A stretch of 64,000 bases of DNA from an uncultured Chloroflexia bacterium (lineage in GTDB: Bacteria > Chloroflexota > Limnocylindria > Limnocylindrales > CSP1-4), in the NCBI GenBank assembly GCA_963763775.1, contig CAVXPZ010000003.1:704001-768000 (forward strand), in the 5' to 3' direction. Numbering within the stretch: the stretch's first letter is position 1; every line of letters begins with the position of its first letter. Made by a program: the position numbers and the translations under genes. The notes below the pieces were generated by a model. It did not search any database, was not told the origin of the DNA, and was given only the letters and a program-made list of their open reading frames with translations. This document shows, piece by piece, positions 33,287-44,876 of this stretch.

Positions 33287-33502
33287 ATGACCACCCAGGA
33301 ACCGCTCATCTGCGAGGTCTGCGGCGAACCCATCGAGACCGGCGAGGCCGTCGTGCTGGGACAGGAGGCCGACGGCATCACACTGGTCGGGCTGCAGGAC
33401 GCGGCCGCCGACGGCCGGATCGCCATGTTCCACGAGGCCCACTGGCCGGACCGGATCGGCGACTGGACCGAGCGCGACCGGGGGCACGCGACCGCGCGCT
33501 AG
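33287..33502 (+). CDS. Small hypothetical protein with CxxC
   Basis: RBS ggaga; CEVCGEPI...FHEAHW. Confidence 0.6.
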   Translation: MTTQEPLICEVCGEPIETGEAVVLGQEADGITLVGLQDAAADGRIAMFHEAHWPDRIGDWTERDRGHATAR

Positions 33503-33533
33503 GGCCCGGAGCGCGGCGGCGACAGCCCCGACG

Positions 33534-36186
33534 TCAGGCGCCCGGCGCGGGCATCTCCAGGACCTGCTCGATGATGTCGGGGATCGGGATCAGCTCGCCC
33601 TCGGCGAGCAGCTCGGCCGTGCGCGCGGGTCCGAGCCGTTCGGTGGCCATCCCCGCCGGGTCCGGGAGGTGCAGCACCTTGACCGGCGCGATCATGACGC
33701 CCTGGTCTCGCACGAGGCGGTAGACGGCCCCGGCGATCCGCGTCCCCGTCTCGGGGTCGCCGTCCGAGAGCTGGATGATCGCGGCCATCCCCAGGACGCG
33801 CGCCAGGCCCGACGCGCTGTCGATCTCGGCGAAGAACCGCAGGGCGTCCGTGGCGTGGCCCCACGACGCGGCGGGGTCGCCGACCCGCCAATCGATGGCG
33901 GACAGCAGCGTCGTGCTGTCGGCGATCTGGAAGAGCGAGCCAGTCCGCCGGAACACCTCGAGGTTCTCGAGCTCGAGCGTGCGGGCTCGCTCGTTCTCGC
34001 CGCCCAGGAAGACCGCGAGGACGAGGGCCTGTCGCGCGCGCACCGCGGCGTCCTCGCGATCGGCCGCGAGGTACAGGTCCAGCGCCCACTGCTCGTGCGC
34101 GCGCAACGCCTCGCCGTCCTCCTCGACCATCGAGAGGAAGCCGATGTCGTAGTGGGCGTCGGCGCGCAGGAGCGGATCGCCGGTCGACTCGGCGAGCTCG
34201 AGCCGCTCCTCGTACGCCCGGCGCGACCCGACGAAGTCGTTCATCCAGTAGGCGAGGCCTCCCTCGGCGGCGAGCGCCGAGATGCGCACCCGGATGTCGC
34301 CGTCCACCGAGTCGGCGAGGAGTTCGGCCAGCAACGCGCGCGCTTCCCGGAGCCGGCCGCGCTGCTGGAACCAGCGCCAGATCGCGCCCATGATCCGGAG
34401 CCCCGCATCGGGACGGCCGTTGGCGCGGGACCAGTCGATCGCGGCCCGGATGTTGCGGTCCTCGCGGTCGAGTCGGCGCATGCTCGCCTCGCCGGTCGGC
34501 CCGAGGATCGCCTCGCCGGCCGCGTCGGCGATCCCGACGCAGACGTCGAGGAACCGGCCCTCGGTCGCGATCCGCTCGGTGCTCCCGTCGAGCTGCTCGA
34601 GCGCGAACTCGCGAAGGAGCGGATGGATGCTGAACCGGGTCTCGTCGCCGGCCGCCGATGCGTCGTCGTCGCCGGGCTCGATGCGCACCAGGCTCTTGTC
34701 GGCGAGGGACTCGAGACCCGTGGCCAGGTCGATCCCGAGATCCCCGTCCGCGTCGGCGACCGTCCACGCCGCATCCGCCGTCCAGCCGCTGGCGAACACG
34801 GCGAGACGCATGAACAACCGACGCTCGTCGATCGGGAGCAGGTCGTAGCTCCAGGCGATGGCGCCGCGCAGCGTGCGCTGCCGCTCGGGGACGTCGCGAG
34901 CCCCGCCGCCGAGGTCCAGGCTGCGCCCGAGTCGCTCCAGGATCAGGCCCGGGCTGAGCACGCGGATCCGGGCGGCCGCCAGCTCGAGGGCGAGCGGGAG
35001 TCCGTCGAGGCGCACGCAGATCGCCCGGATCGCTTCGAGGACATCGCCGGTGATCGCGAGATCCGGCCGGTGCGAGCGGGCGCGGTCGACGAACAGCTCG
35101 ACGCCGGCCTCGATGCCCAGGGGCGGGACCGGGTGGCCTCGCTCGCCGGAGATCCGGAGCAGCTCCCGGCTCGTGACGAGGACGCGCAGCCCGGGCGCCG
35201 CGCGGACGAGCCGGGCGACGACCTCGGCCCCGTCCGGGAGGAGCTGCTCGAGGTTGTCGAGGAGCAGCAGGGCCGTCCGGTCTCGCAGGTGACCCAGGAG
35301 GGCCTCCTCCACCGTCCGGTCCGGTGACTCGCGGACGTCCAGCGTCGTCGCGATCGCCGATTCGAGGAGCGCCGGGTCCCGGACCGCGGCCAGATCCACG
35401 AACCACACCCCGTGCGGGAATCCGCTTCGCGCGGTCCGACCGACCGCGAGCGCGAGACGCGTCTTCCCGCTCCCGCCGGGGCCGGTGAGTGTGACGATCC
35501 GGCTCTCGCGAAGGTCGTCGCGAACCGCATCGATGTCGTCCTCCCGGCCGACGAACGTCGTGACATCGCCCGGGAGGTTCGAGGGGATCTCGGTCGTCCG
35601 CAGCGAGCGAGCGTCGTCTGCCGCGCCGGGCACCATCAATCGATAGAGGGACGCCGGGTCGTCGAAGTCCTTCACGGTCCGCGGGCCCTCGTCCACGAGG
35701 TCCACGTCGCCGAGGCCGGTCAGGCGCGTCAGGTCCCGTGGGAGCGCGCCGACCAGCGCGTCGGAGAGGACGATCTGGCCGCCGTTGGCCGCCGCGGCGA
35801 TGCGGGCCGCGTAGTTCACGTCGATCCCGACATAGTCGTCGCGCTCGCCGGGCTCGCTCGTCGCCCGCAATCGGCCTTCGCCAAGGTGCAGCCCCATGCG
35901 GACACGCAGCGCGACGCCGTCGTCCCACGGCTCGTCGGCGATGGCGCGCTGCGCCGCGACGGCCGCGACGACGGCCGGATGCCGGCGCATCGAAGGCCGC
36001 GAAGAACGCGTCGCCCTCCGTCTTGACGACGACGCCGCCCGCGGTCTCGATCGCCGTCCGAAGGAGCCGGTCGTGGCGTTCGACCAGCGGCGCCCAGGCT
36101 GCGGACCCGACGGCTCGCTCGAGCCGCGTCGACCCTTCGATGTCGGTGAAGAGGAAGACCACGGCGGGACCGGTCGGGATGGTCAT
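33534..36186 (-). CDS. Class III adenylate cyclase-STAND ATPase-TPR protein (indel near 35990)
   Basis: FTDIEGST, KTEGDAFF, VNYAARI; GPGGSGKTRLA; LLDNLEQL; GLPLALELAA. Confidence 0.9.
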
Positions 36187-36263
36187 GGCAGTCTGCCGAT
36201 CATGTTCGTCTCGTCGACCACGTGCACGTCATCAAGGGGCGCCGCTGGCCCGGATCGCTGCGG

Positions 36264-36680
36264 TCAGATCGCGCTGGCGTCCTCGAGCGCCCGAAGGCGC
36301 TGGCCCACCGCTTCGAGGATCGCGGCCCGGATCTCGGGCGACGCGTCCAGCAGCTCGTGGAACATCTGATAGGTCATCGACAGCAGCCGGCACGGCGTCT
36401 CCGTCGTCGCGGTCGCCGTCCGCGGGCCGCCGTCGAGCAGGGCGATCTCGCCGAGGAAGTCGCCCGGCCCGAGCGTGTTGATCGTCTTGCCCTCGCGCTC
36501 GATCCGGACGGTCCCGGACTCGATGACGAAGAAGAACCCCTCCCGATAGCCCTCGCGGGTCAGGATCGTCCCGGCGCGCACGTCCATCTCGTCGGCGATC
36601 GCGCCGAGCTCCTCGAGGCCCGCGGCGGACACACCCGCGAACAGCGGGACCCGCTCCAGGAGCTCCGGCTTCGGCGCCAT
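36264..36680 (-). CDS. Stand-alone cyclic nucleotide-binding protein
   Basis: GDFLGEIALLDGGPRTAT. Confidence 0.9.
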   Translation of the reverse strand: MAPKPELLERVPLFAGVSAAGLEELGAIADEMDVRAGTILTREGYREGFFFVIESGTVRIEREGKTINTLGPGDFLGEIALLDGGPRTATATTETPCRLLSMTYQMFHELLDASPEIRAAILEAVGQRLRALEDASAI

Positions 36681-36703
36681 GCCCGGAGGATACCGTGCCG
36701 GCA

Positions 36704-37733
36704 TCAGGATCCGGGGTCGACTCCGGCGAGGCTCGGTCCTTCGGCAGATGCGGCGTCGCCGATCGTGATCACCAGCTTTCCGATCGGCCGGCCGGCCTGG
36801 AGGTCGCGGAGCGCATCGGGCACCTGCGCGAGCGGGTAGCGTCGGTCGATCGCCGGCCGGATCGCGCCGGTCTCCAGGAGCCTCGAGATGGCCGCGATGT
36901 CCGTCGGGGCGAACGGCTTCCAGCCCCACAGCATGCCGAGCTTCCGGCTCCCGGCGAGCGACAGGAGGGGACCGAGGAGCAGGGCCTCGAAGATGGCGCC
37001 GGTCGTGCCACCGGCCATGACGTATCGGCCGCCGGGCTTCAGGACGCGACGTGGCGCAAGGAAGGACCGTCGGGCCGAGATGTCGAGGATGTAGTCGTAT
37101 CGGACGTCCATCCGCGTGTAGTCGTCACGCGTGTAATCGATGACATGGTCGGCGCCGAGCGAGTGGACGAAGTCCATCTTCCGGGTGCTACACGCGCCGG
37201 TGACGGTGGCCCCGAGATGCTTCGCGAGCTGGACAGCGAACGGTCCCACGTTGCCCGACGCCCCGTTGACGAGGACGCTGTCGCCCGGCCCGACGCCGCG
37301 GCCCTGTCGCAGCCCCTGATACGCGATGATCGACGACTCGGGGAGCGTGGCCGCGTCCTCGAACGACGACCCGGCGGGCATCGGCTCCCACGCCCGCTCG
37401 AGCCGTGCAGGCGTACTCGGCGAACGCGCCGTACCCGTACATCGTGAGGTTGGCGAAGACTCGGTCACCCTGGCGGAAGCGCGTGGCGCCCGGGCCGACG
37501 GCATCGACGATCCCCGCGGCGTCCAGGCCGAGGCGCGGCGACTTCGGCCGCCGCAGGCCCGAGCCCAGCTTGGTGATGAACGGCTTGCCCGTGAGGTAAT
37601 CGAGGTCCGCGCGGTTCACGGACGCGGCCTGGATCCGGACGAGCAGCTCGCCCTCACCGGGGACGGGCGTCGGCACCTCGCGCAGCTGGAGGACGTCGGG
37701 TGGTCCGTAGCGGGTGCGGAGGAGGGCTTTCAC
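36704..37733 (-). CDS. Zinc-binding/quinone oxidoreductase (MDR) family protein (indel near 37405)
   Basis: YGPPDVL, LGLDAAG, NGASGNVG, GADHVIDY. Confidence 0.85.
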
Positions 37734-37886
37734 CAACCGACGCTACCACGTCGCCGAGCGGTTCCGGCCCCGGCCCGGAAGGGTTGGCTGGGGGTTCCGC
37801 TGCGGCTCCCCCCACGGGCCGAAGCGTGCGATCTCAGGATAGCGACCCCGCGACGTGCCGGACGCGACCCTGACTAGACTGCCGTC

Positions 37887-38123
37887 GTGCGGATCCTGAC
37901 CCGCCTCACCGATCTCCTCACCGGCCGCGGACGATCCCGAGCGCCGCTGCCGAGCCGGCACGAGCGCCGTGAAGCGGCGCGCCGGCGACATCAGGAGACC
38001 GGCGAGCCGATGTGGACCGCGGACGACCGCCACCTCGGTCCCGACGGCGAGCATGTCGTCGCGGACGTCACGCCGGGGACGCCCGGCCACTTCGGGTCGG
38101 TCCGGACGATCAAGGACGACTGA
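37887..38123 (+). CDS. Small hypothetical protein
   Basis: TAGACT-like -10 just upstream of the GTG; fills the intergenic gap. Confidence 0.45.
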   Translation: MRILTRLTDLLTGRGRSRAPLPSRHERREAARRRHQETGEPMWTADDRHLGPDGEHVVADVTPGTPGHFGSVRTIKDD

Positions 38124-38135
38124 GCCGGCCGGCGA

Positions 38136-38432
38136 TCAGGCCTTCGGCGCCGCGCCCACGACGATGTCGTGCGTCTCTGGGTGGCGCTCCACATACGCCC
38201 TCACGTATGGGCAGGTCGCGATCACCCGCAGGCCCCGCCGACGTGCGTCGTCGAGCGCGAACACCGTGAGACGCGAGGCGACGCCCTGCCCCTGGTGGTC
38301 CGGGAGCACCTCGGTGTGCACGAGCGCGATCCGATCACGTTTCACGACATAGTCGAGGAAGCCCGCGAGTGCGCCGTCGTCGCGTGCCTCGTATCGCAGG
38401 GCGGCCTCGGCGTCGGTGATCGTCACTTCCAC
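38136..38432 (-). CDS. YjdJ-like GNAT acetyltransferase
   Basis: HTEVLPDHQGQGVAS...CPYV. Confidence 0.85.
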   Translation of the reverse strand: MEVTITDAEAALRYEARDDGALAGFLDYVVKRDRIALVHTEVLPDHQGQGVASRLTVFALDDARRRGLRVIATCPYVRAYVERHPETHDIVVGAAPKA

Positions 38433-38529
38433 GCCCGCGATGGTACGCGGCGGGACGGCCGACGATGGCGATGGTGCGCCGGTTCGTCGACCACCCGAGC
38501 GGCCAGCTGAGGTGGGAGACTTCGTGCCG

Positions 38530-40279
38530 ATGGCCATCGACACGCCGAGCGCCTCGTCCTCGTCGCGCTTCACACGGTTCGTCCCGATCCTCGAGTGGTC
38601 GCGCCGCTACGACCGTCGCTGGCTTCGCGGTGACGTGATCGCCGGTGTCGCTGTCGCCGCGATGATCGTGCCCAAGAACCTCGGCTACGCCGGTATCGCC
38701 GGGATCCCGGTGGAGAACGGCCTCTACGCCGCCGCAGCAGCCGCGATCATCTACGCCCTGTTCTGTACCTCGCGGCACATCTCGACCGGCCCGAGCTCGT
38801 CGCTGGCGGCCGTCGCCGGCGGCGCGGTCCTGGTGACCGGCTCGACCGGCAGCGACGCGGCCCAGCTCGTTGCCGCGATCGCCATCGCGACCGGCGCGCT
38901 TGTTCCTCCTCGTCGCGGTCCTGAAGCTCGGGTGGCTGGCCAGTTTCCTCTCGCGAGCCGTCGTCACGGGATTCCTCGCCGGCGCCGCCATCGACGTGGT
39001 CATCGGCGAGCTGCCCAAGATGACCGGCACGTCCTCCGACGGCGTGAATGCGTGGCAGGAGTTCGCCTCGTGGGTTCGCGGCCTCGGCGAGGTGAGCACG
39101 ACGACGCTCGCGGTGGGGCTTGTCGCGCTGGCCGTCATCCTGGGCCTGCGCTTCGCCGTCCCCAGGATCCCCGGCGCGCTCGTCCTGGTGGTCGGCGGCC
39201 TGATCGCGTCGATCGTGCTCGATCTGGGTGCGCACGGCGTGGCCCTGGTAGGGACCGTGCCACGCGGGCTGCCGGTGCCGCAGGTGCCATCGCTCGACCT
39301 GGTTTCGCAGAACCTTCCGGCCATCGTCGTCGCGTCGTTCGCGCTCCTGCTGATCGGGTTCTCCCAGACGGCGGGTGACGCGCAGGCGTTCGCGACGCGG
39401 CATCGATATCGCGTCGACTTGAACCAGGAGTCGATCGCGCAGGGGATGGCCAACCTCGGTGCCGGTGTCTTCCAGGGCATGCCGGTCTCGACCAGTCTCT
39501 CGGCGAGCTCGTTGAACGAGTCGGCTGGGGCGCGGACCCCGGTCGCCTCGCTCGCCACCGGGGCGATCGTGCTGGCTACCCTCGTGCTGCTCGCGCCGCT
39601 CTTCTCCGAGCTGCCCAAGCCGGTCCTCGCCGCGATCATCATCGATGCGGTCGTCTTCGGGATGATCGACATCGCCGAGTTCCGGCGGCTCCGCCGGGTG
39701 AAGCGATTCGACTTCTGGATCGCGGTCGCGGCGCTGCTCGGCGTGCTGTCGGTCGGCGTCCTGCTCGGCGTGGTCGTCGGGATCGTGCTGTCGCTGCTGT
39801 GGCTCATCCATGTCGCGACCCGGCCGTCGATGCCGATCCTGGGTCGGGAACACGGCACGCAGGTCTACCGCGGTCTCGACGAGCATCCTGACGACGAGAC
39901 CGACCCCGGTGTGGCCGTGGTCCGCATCGATGGCGGCCTGTTCTTCGCGACGGCGGGGGCCCTGGACGAGAGAGTCCGCGCGATCCTCGAGAGCCAGCCT
40001 GGTCTGCGGTCGCTCGTGCTCGACCTCGAGGGCGTGAACTTCGTCGACTCGCAGGGGGCGGCCAAGGTCCACGACCTCCACGAGCTCGCGGAGGCCAACG
40101 GGATCGAGCTGCGCCTGGCTCGTCTCAAGCCGGGTGTCGCCGAGGTCCTCTCGGCCGACGGCGTCCTCGACGAGGTCGGCCGGGACAAGATCCATGGCAA
40201 CGTCCACCGGGCCGTCGAGGCGGCACAGGCGGCGAATGCCCGGGGGGCGGTAGACCTTCCGGAACCGCCGGGGCGCTAG
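38530..40279 (+). CDS. SulP/SLC26 anion transporter (indel near 38900)
   Basis: DVIAGVAVAAMIVPKNLGYA, NQESIAQG, STAS FVDSQG. Confidence 0.9.
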
Positions 40280-40331
40280 CGGCGGGCGGCGGCGATCCTC
40301 GTGCGTGCCGGCCCGGACGGGCCGACGAAGA

Positions 40332-41336
40332 TCAACCCTGTTCCCCGCGGTGGCGCGTCGCAGCGAGCGCTTCCAGGTCGGCCGTGTCCAGGCCGTCGGC
40401 CGGAACGTCGGCGACCCGTGCGGCCGTCGTGGCTCGCAGTGTTGCCGTCCGGAGGCCGCCCTCGAGCGCGGCCCGCTCGCCGACCACCGCGCCGGGTCCG
40501 ATCTCGGCGACCGGCTCGCCGTCCACCTCCACGACGAAGATGCCGTCGAGGATCAGGAACACATCAGTCCCGGGCGCCCCCTGCTCGAGCAGCGTGGTGC
40601 CGGCCGGGATCGTGCGGATCCTCGGCTTCTGCCCGCCACGCATGATGCTCGCCGACAGTTGGCGCTCGAGGCTCGACTCGACGCTGGCGACGACGGCCGG
40701 CGAGTCCGAGGTGCCCCATGGCGTGCGATCGCCGAATGAGTCGTTGAACCACGTCGTGAAGTCCACCACGCCCGACTTCTCGACCAGCCGGCCGTCGTTG
40801 TCGTAGATCCAGTGGCGTGGGAACGGGCTGGCGCCAGCCAGTTCGTGGCGCGACGAGCCGTCGACATCGAGCGTCAGTGCGAGCGTCGTCCAGGCGATCG
40901 ATGGCCAGAACTGCACGAACGGCTTGTGGCGAACCGGCCGTGGCGTCGGCAGACCCATCCGCCCGCCCACCGTCTGGACGAACCGCACCGACGTCGCGGT
41001 CACGACCGGATCCGGACGGAGGTCGGGCAGGTGGACCGCCGGAAAACGGATGGCGGCCGGACCGACACGCACCGTGGTCGCGCCGATGTGCCCCTGGCCG
41101 AGATGGCCGTGCCCGACGATCCGTCCGTCCTCGACCTCGATGAACGCCCGGAGCTCGTTCGCTTCCCGGAAACGATCGGTTCGGCGCAGCTCCTCGAGGT
41201 CTTCCAGCTGGTCGGGGGGCGGCGCGTCGTAGTGGGTGACACCCATCTCGAACGGCACCTTCGAGAGGCCGGCGATCGCCTCCGAGGGGATCCAGGAGAT
41301 GGCTGTGACGGACGATTCGACTCGTGTGCGTGCCAC
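40332..41336 (-). CDS. Protein with unknown N-terminal domain and C-terminal cNMP-binding domain
   Basis: GAVVGERAALEGGLRTAT; N-terminal SWIPSEA..FREAN..FPRHWIYD. Confidence 0.8.
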   Translation of the reverse strand: MARTRVESSVTAISWIPSEAIAGLSKVPFEMGVTHYDAPPPDQLEDLEELRRTDRFREANELRAFIEVEDGRIVGHGHLGQGHIGATTVRVGPAAIRFPAVHLPDLRPDPVVTATSVRFVQTVGGRMGLPTPRPVRHKPFVQFWPSIAWTTLALTLDVDGSSRHELAGASPFPRHWIYDNDGRLVEKSGVVDFTTWFNDSFGDRTPWGTSDSPAVVASVESSLERQLSASIMRGGQKPRIRTIPAGTTLLEQGAPGTDVFLILDGIFVVEVDGEPVAEIGPGAVVGERAALEGGLRTATLRATTAARVADVPADGLDTADLEALAATRHRGEQG

Positions 41337-41430
41337 GGGACGGTCACCTCACATGGCGGCGGGGACGCCGCCTTCGGTTGCTGCCGGAGGGATCGATGAT
41401 GGCTGATGGATCCGGTGTACGTCCAGAACG

Positions 41431-42351
41431 TCAGGCGGATCCGGGCATCGGGACCGAGGCCGCAACCGGTGATTGACGCAAGATCCCGAAGAGGGCCACC
41501 AGGACGATGGCCGCGCCGACCCATTGGCGAGGATCGAGTCGCTCGCCGAGGATCAGCGCGCCTGCGGCGACCCCGACGACCGGGATGAGGTAGAAGGACA
41601 CCGCGGCGAACGATGCGGGGACGTGTCGTAGAGCGCCCAGGTAGAACCAGTAGGCGCCGGCGTAGTACAGGACGCCCGAGCCGATGGCGCTGGCCAGCCC
41701 GAGTGGCGTCAGTGCCGTCGGGACGATCGCAGCTCCGGCGAGGCCGACGACCACGACGAGCAGGATGGCGAGGACGAGCGCGTGGGCTTGCTGGGCGAGG
41801 ATGACCTGCGTCGTCTCCTTCGCGTCGGGGATCCAGCGACGGGCGACCACGGAGTAGACGGCACAGCAGACGATCCCGGCGAGCGTCAGGGCGACACCGA
41901 TCAGCTGACCGCTGCTCGACGACGGGTCATAGACGATGACGACCATGCCGGCGACCGCGACCATCGACAGGACGATGAATGCCGGCGTCATCCGCTCGCG
42001 CAGGAACCAGGCGGCGAGGAACAGGATCATCAGCGGCTCGAGGGCCCAGAGCAGGACGTACAAGCTGGCGCTGATCATGGTCAACCCGATCAGTCCCAGC
42101 GCGTAGGCAAGACCGGGGTTGAGGAGTCCGAGCCGGCCAAGCAGCGGCGAGCCCTCTGTTCGAAAGGAGATCCCCTGGCGACGCATCAGGATCGCCAGGA
42201 TCGCCAGGCTGGCGGCGAGCTGGATCGGCAGCAGGGTGAACGGCGAGATCTCGTCGAGGGCGGCCTTGCTGATGACCGTGCCAACCCCCCAGCAGGTGGC
42301 GGCGAGGATCAGCGCGGCGAGATCACGCGGGGCGACGGATGCCGTGGCCAA
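41431..42351 (-). CDS. EamA/DMT transporter
   Basis: 10 TMs; FLRERM and LGERL repeat ends. Confidence 0.85.
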   Translation of the reverse strand: MATASVAPRDLAALILAATCWGVGTVISKAALDEISPFTLLPIQLAASLAILAILMRRQGISFRTEGSPLLGRLGLLNPGLAYALGLIGLTMISASLYVLLWALEPLMILFLAAWFLRERMTPAFIVLSMVAVAGMVVIVYDPSSSSGQLIGVALTLAGIVCCAVYSVVARRWIPDAKETTQVILAQQAHALVLAILLVVVVGLAGAAIVPTALTPLGLASAIGSGVLYYAGAYWFYLGALRHVPASFAAVSFYLIPVVGVAAGALILGERLDPRQWVGAAIVLVALFGILRQSPVAASVPMPGSA

Positions 42352-42359
42352 GACGCGGT

Positions 42360-43175
42360 TCAGCAGCAGCCAGATCCGCCGCAGCAGCCGCCGACCTCGG
42401 CGACCGGGAGCATCTCGCGAGGCGCCGCGAGGTCGATCAACGGACGGGCGTCCGCGGGCTTGGTCGCCTTGATGATGGCGCTGATCATCCCTTCGACGAC
42501 CGTGTGCGACGGCGTGATCGAGATGTCAGTCAGGCCGACGGCCTCGAGCCCCCCGCGGAACTCCGAGATCGACAGCGCGCCCGCGATGCAGCCGGCGAAG
42601 GAGCCGCGCTCGGCACGCTCGTCCGGGCTGAGCGAGTCCTCGGCGACGATGTCGCTGATGCCGATCCGCCCGCCCGGTCGAAGGACCCGGGCGATCTCCG
42701 CGAAGACGGCGCGCTTGTCGGCGGCGAGATTGACCACGCAGTTGCTGATCACGACGTCGATGGATTCGGCGGGCAGGGGGATGGCTTCGATGTGGCCCTT
42801 CAGGAACTCGACATTGGTCGCGCCTGCCTCCGCGGCATTGTGCTGGGCAAGGGCGAGCATCTCGTCGGTCATATCGACGCCGAACGCCCGCCCGGTGGGG
42901 CCGACGCGCTTGGCCGACAGGAGCACATCGATGCCGCCGCCGGAGCCGAGGTCGAGGACGCGCTCGCCTGGGTGCAGGTCCGCGACCGCGGTCGGGTTGC
43001 CGCAGCCCAGCGAGGCCAGCACGGCAGCGTCGGGCAACTCGTCGCGCTCGAGCGCCGAGTAGAGGTTGGCGCCGATGGTCTCGGGGTCACTGCAACAGGA
43101 CGTGCCCTGGGAGGCGCGGACCGCGGCGTCGGCGTAGTGCTGGCGCACGGTCTCGTGGATGGTCTCGGTGGTCAT
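42360..43175 (-). CDS. arsM: Arsenite methyltransferase
   Basis: SLGCGNP, LDLGSGGGID, ISNCVVNL, GCIAGA; Cys-rich termini. Confidence 0.9.
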   Translation of the reverse strand: MTTETIHETVRQHYADAAVRASQGTSCCSDPETIGANLYSALERDELPDAAVLASLGCGNPTAVADLHPGERVLDLGSGGGIDVLLSAKRVGPTGRAFGVDMTDEMLALAQHNAAEAGATNVEFLKGHIEAIPLPAESIDVVISNCVVNLAADKRAVFAEIARVLRPGGRIGISDIVAEDSLSPDERAERGSFAGCIAGALSISEFRGGLEAVGLTDISITPSHTVVEGMISAIIKATKPADARPLIDLAAPREMLPVAEVGGCCGGSGCC

Positions 43176-43212
43176 GGCTGGATCGCTCCTGCTTCCGTCG
43201 CGGTTCGTGTGG

Positions 43213-43250
43213 TGTATTGATACTTGACGATATAGACATCTGTCAATACA
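43213..43250. promoter_or_regulatory. ArsR operator / divergent promoter
   Basis: AT-rich inverted repeat tgtattga...tcaataca between arsM and arsR. Confidence 0.65.
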
Positions 43251-43258
43251 GTGGCCGG

Positions 43259-43592
43259 GTGAAACGTCAGACCGACCCGGACGTGCGGCTCCTCCAGGCC
43301 GCGGCCGATCCGACCCGACTCGCGATCCTGCGGCAGCTCTCCGACGTCGCCGAAGTGTGTGCGTGCGACTTCACCGCGTGCTGCGACGTGAGCCAGCCGA
43401 CGGTCTCGCATCACCTCAAGGTCCTCCGGGACGCGGGCTGGATCGAGGGCGAGCGGCGCGGCACCTGGGTCTGGTACTCCATGCGACCAGCGGCGGTGGC
43501 GCGGTTCCGCGAACTCGCTGGCGGGTTCGGCCCGGTCCTCGCCCCAGCCGATCACCTCGCGCCGGCTGCCGGTCCTCGAGGCTCGCGCCTAG
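43259..43592 (+). CDS. arsR: ArsR/SmtB regulator (true end RRLPVLEARA* after an indel)
   Basis: ADPTRLAIL, EVCACDF..CC, SQPTVSHHLKVL. Confidence 0.85.
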
Positions 43593-43714
43593 GACGTCAC
43601 GGCCGAGACGACGGGTCGTTGGCCCGATCACCGATCTCAACGGTGGCTGACTACGATGGCGCGAGGCAGGACGTCGCCAAGCGTTCCGGCCGACGTCAGG
43701 ACGGGAGCACACGG

Positions 43715-44650
43715 ATGACGACCAACGTCACGCCTCGATTCCGTCGCCGGCTCGCGGCAGAGATGCCCGATGCTTTTCGCGTCTTCCGTCACTCGCTGTT
43801 CGACTACCTGCGACGCACCGGGCAAGTCGACGCCTCGGCGGACTGGACGTCTTCGGCCGCGATCGCCGAGGCCTGGGGCAGGCACTCCAGGTGGATGGAG
43901 CACCTCGCCGCGACCGCCGCGGAAGACTGGGTGGCCGAGGACGCGGATGGCAGGATCATCGGGTGGGCGCAGTCGATCGAGCGCGACGGCATGCTGGAGC
44001 TGACCATGTTCTTCGTCGATCCTGACGCGCAGACGCGAGGTGTCGGGCGAGGACTGCTCGAGCGGGTGTTCCCCCTCGGCCGAGGGCATACGCGGACCAT
44101 CTCGGCGACCCAGGATCCGCGGGCGGTGGCGCTGTATCTGCGATTCGGTGTCTCGTACCTCACGAGTTCGATCGACGTGCTCGGTCCACCGCGAGCGTCG
44201 GTGATCGAGACCGATCTTCACATCGAACGCGTCCTGCCGGGCGGCATGGCCGACGCGGAGATCGCCATCGCCGACTTCGAGCGACAGCTTCTCGGCCACG
44301 CGCGGCGCGAGGACACGCGGTTCCTTCTCGGCGAGCGTCCTGCCTGGCTGGCGCGCCGCGGAGACCGAGTGGTCGGCATGGCATTCGGCATGAACGGGGA
44401 TTGCACGGGGCCGATCGGGGCGTTGGACACAAGCGACCTTCCCGCGCTCATGGCCACCGTCGAGAACGACGCCGTCGACCGGGAGGTCAAGGAGTTGGGG
44501 TTCACGATCCCGATGGTCAACGCGACCGCTCTCGCGTACGTGCTCGGACGGGGATACCAGGTGGATACGTTCTACACGTTCATCTTGAGCAGCAGCGATC
44601 ACATGCGACTTGATCGATACATCGAGACGCAGCCGACCTTCATCTTCTGA
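43715..44650 (+). CDS. GNAT acetyltransferase
   Basis: RBS gggag; FVDPDAQTRGVGRGLL. Confidence 0.8.
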   Translation: MTTNVTPRFRRRLAAEMPDAFRVFRHSLFDYLRRTGQVDASADWTSSAAIAEAWGRHSRWMEHLAATAAEDWVAEDADGRIIGWAQSIERDGMLELTMFFVDPDAQTRGVGRGLLERVFPLGRGHTRTISATQDPRAVALYLRFGVSYLTSSIDVLGPPRASVIETDLHIERVLPGGMADAEIAIADFERQLLGHARREDTRFLLGERPAWLARRGDRVVGMAFGMNGDCTGPIGALDTSDLPALMATVENDAVDREVKELGFTIPMVNATALAYVLGRGYQVDTFYTFILSSSDHMRLDRYIETQPTFIF

Positions 44651-44876
44651 TCGATAACGTCTACGCGTGGATGGGCTCGGGGACATCGCCGGAGGCCTGG
44701 CCGGTGTCAGTCTGCTCGCCTTGGCACGTCGCAGACTCGGAGCAGGGACCACCATCGTGATGACCAGGGTCTTGCACCCAGAGGACCCGTCGGAGTCCTG
44801 AGCGCAGCTCGACCGTGGCGACGGTCTACGATGGCCGCTCCGCGTCGCCCGGCGCGGCAACACGTGGGTGGACCGG

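Noticed and set aside
33534-36680. Pycsar/CBASS-type defence system
   Set aside because: The cyclase motifs are adenylate-type and the cNMP protein has no TIR or TM effector.
37766-37785. Further scar-like word ggccccggcccggaaggg
   Set aside because: Needs several gaps and is almost all G/C, so it is probably chance.
42360-42375. Selenocysteine read-through at the arsM TGA after CC
   Set aside because: No evident SECIS hairpin, and the next gene starts 8 bp later.
43217-44650. ArsR-GNAT fusion ORF
   Set aside because: A shifted frame gives a natural ArsR end (RRLPVLEARA*, 43592), and the GNAT has its own RBS and ATG.
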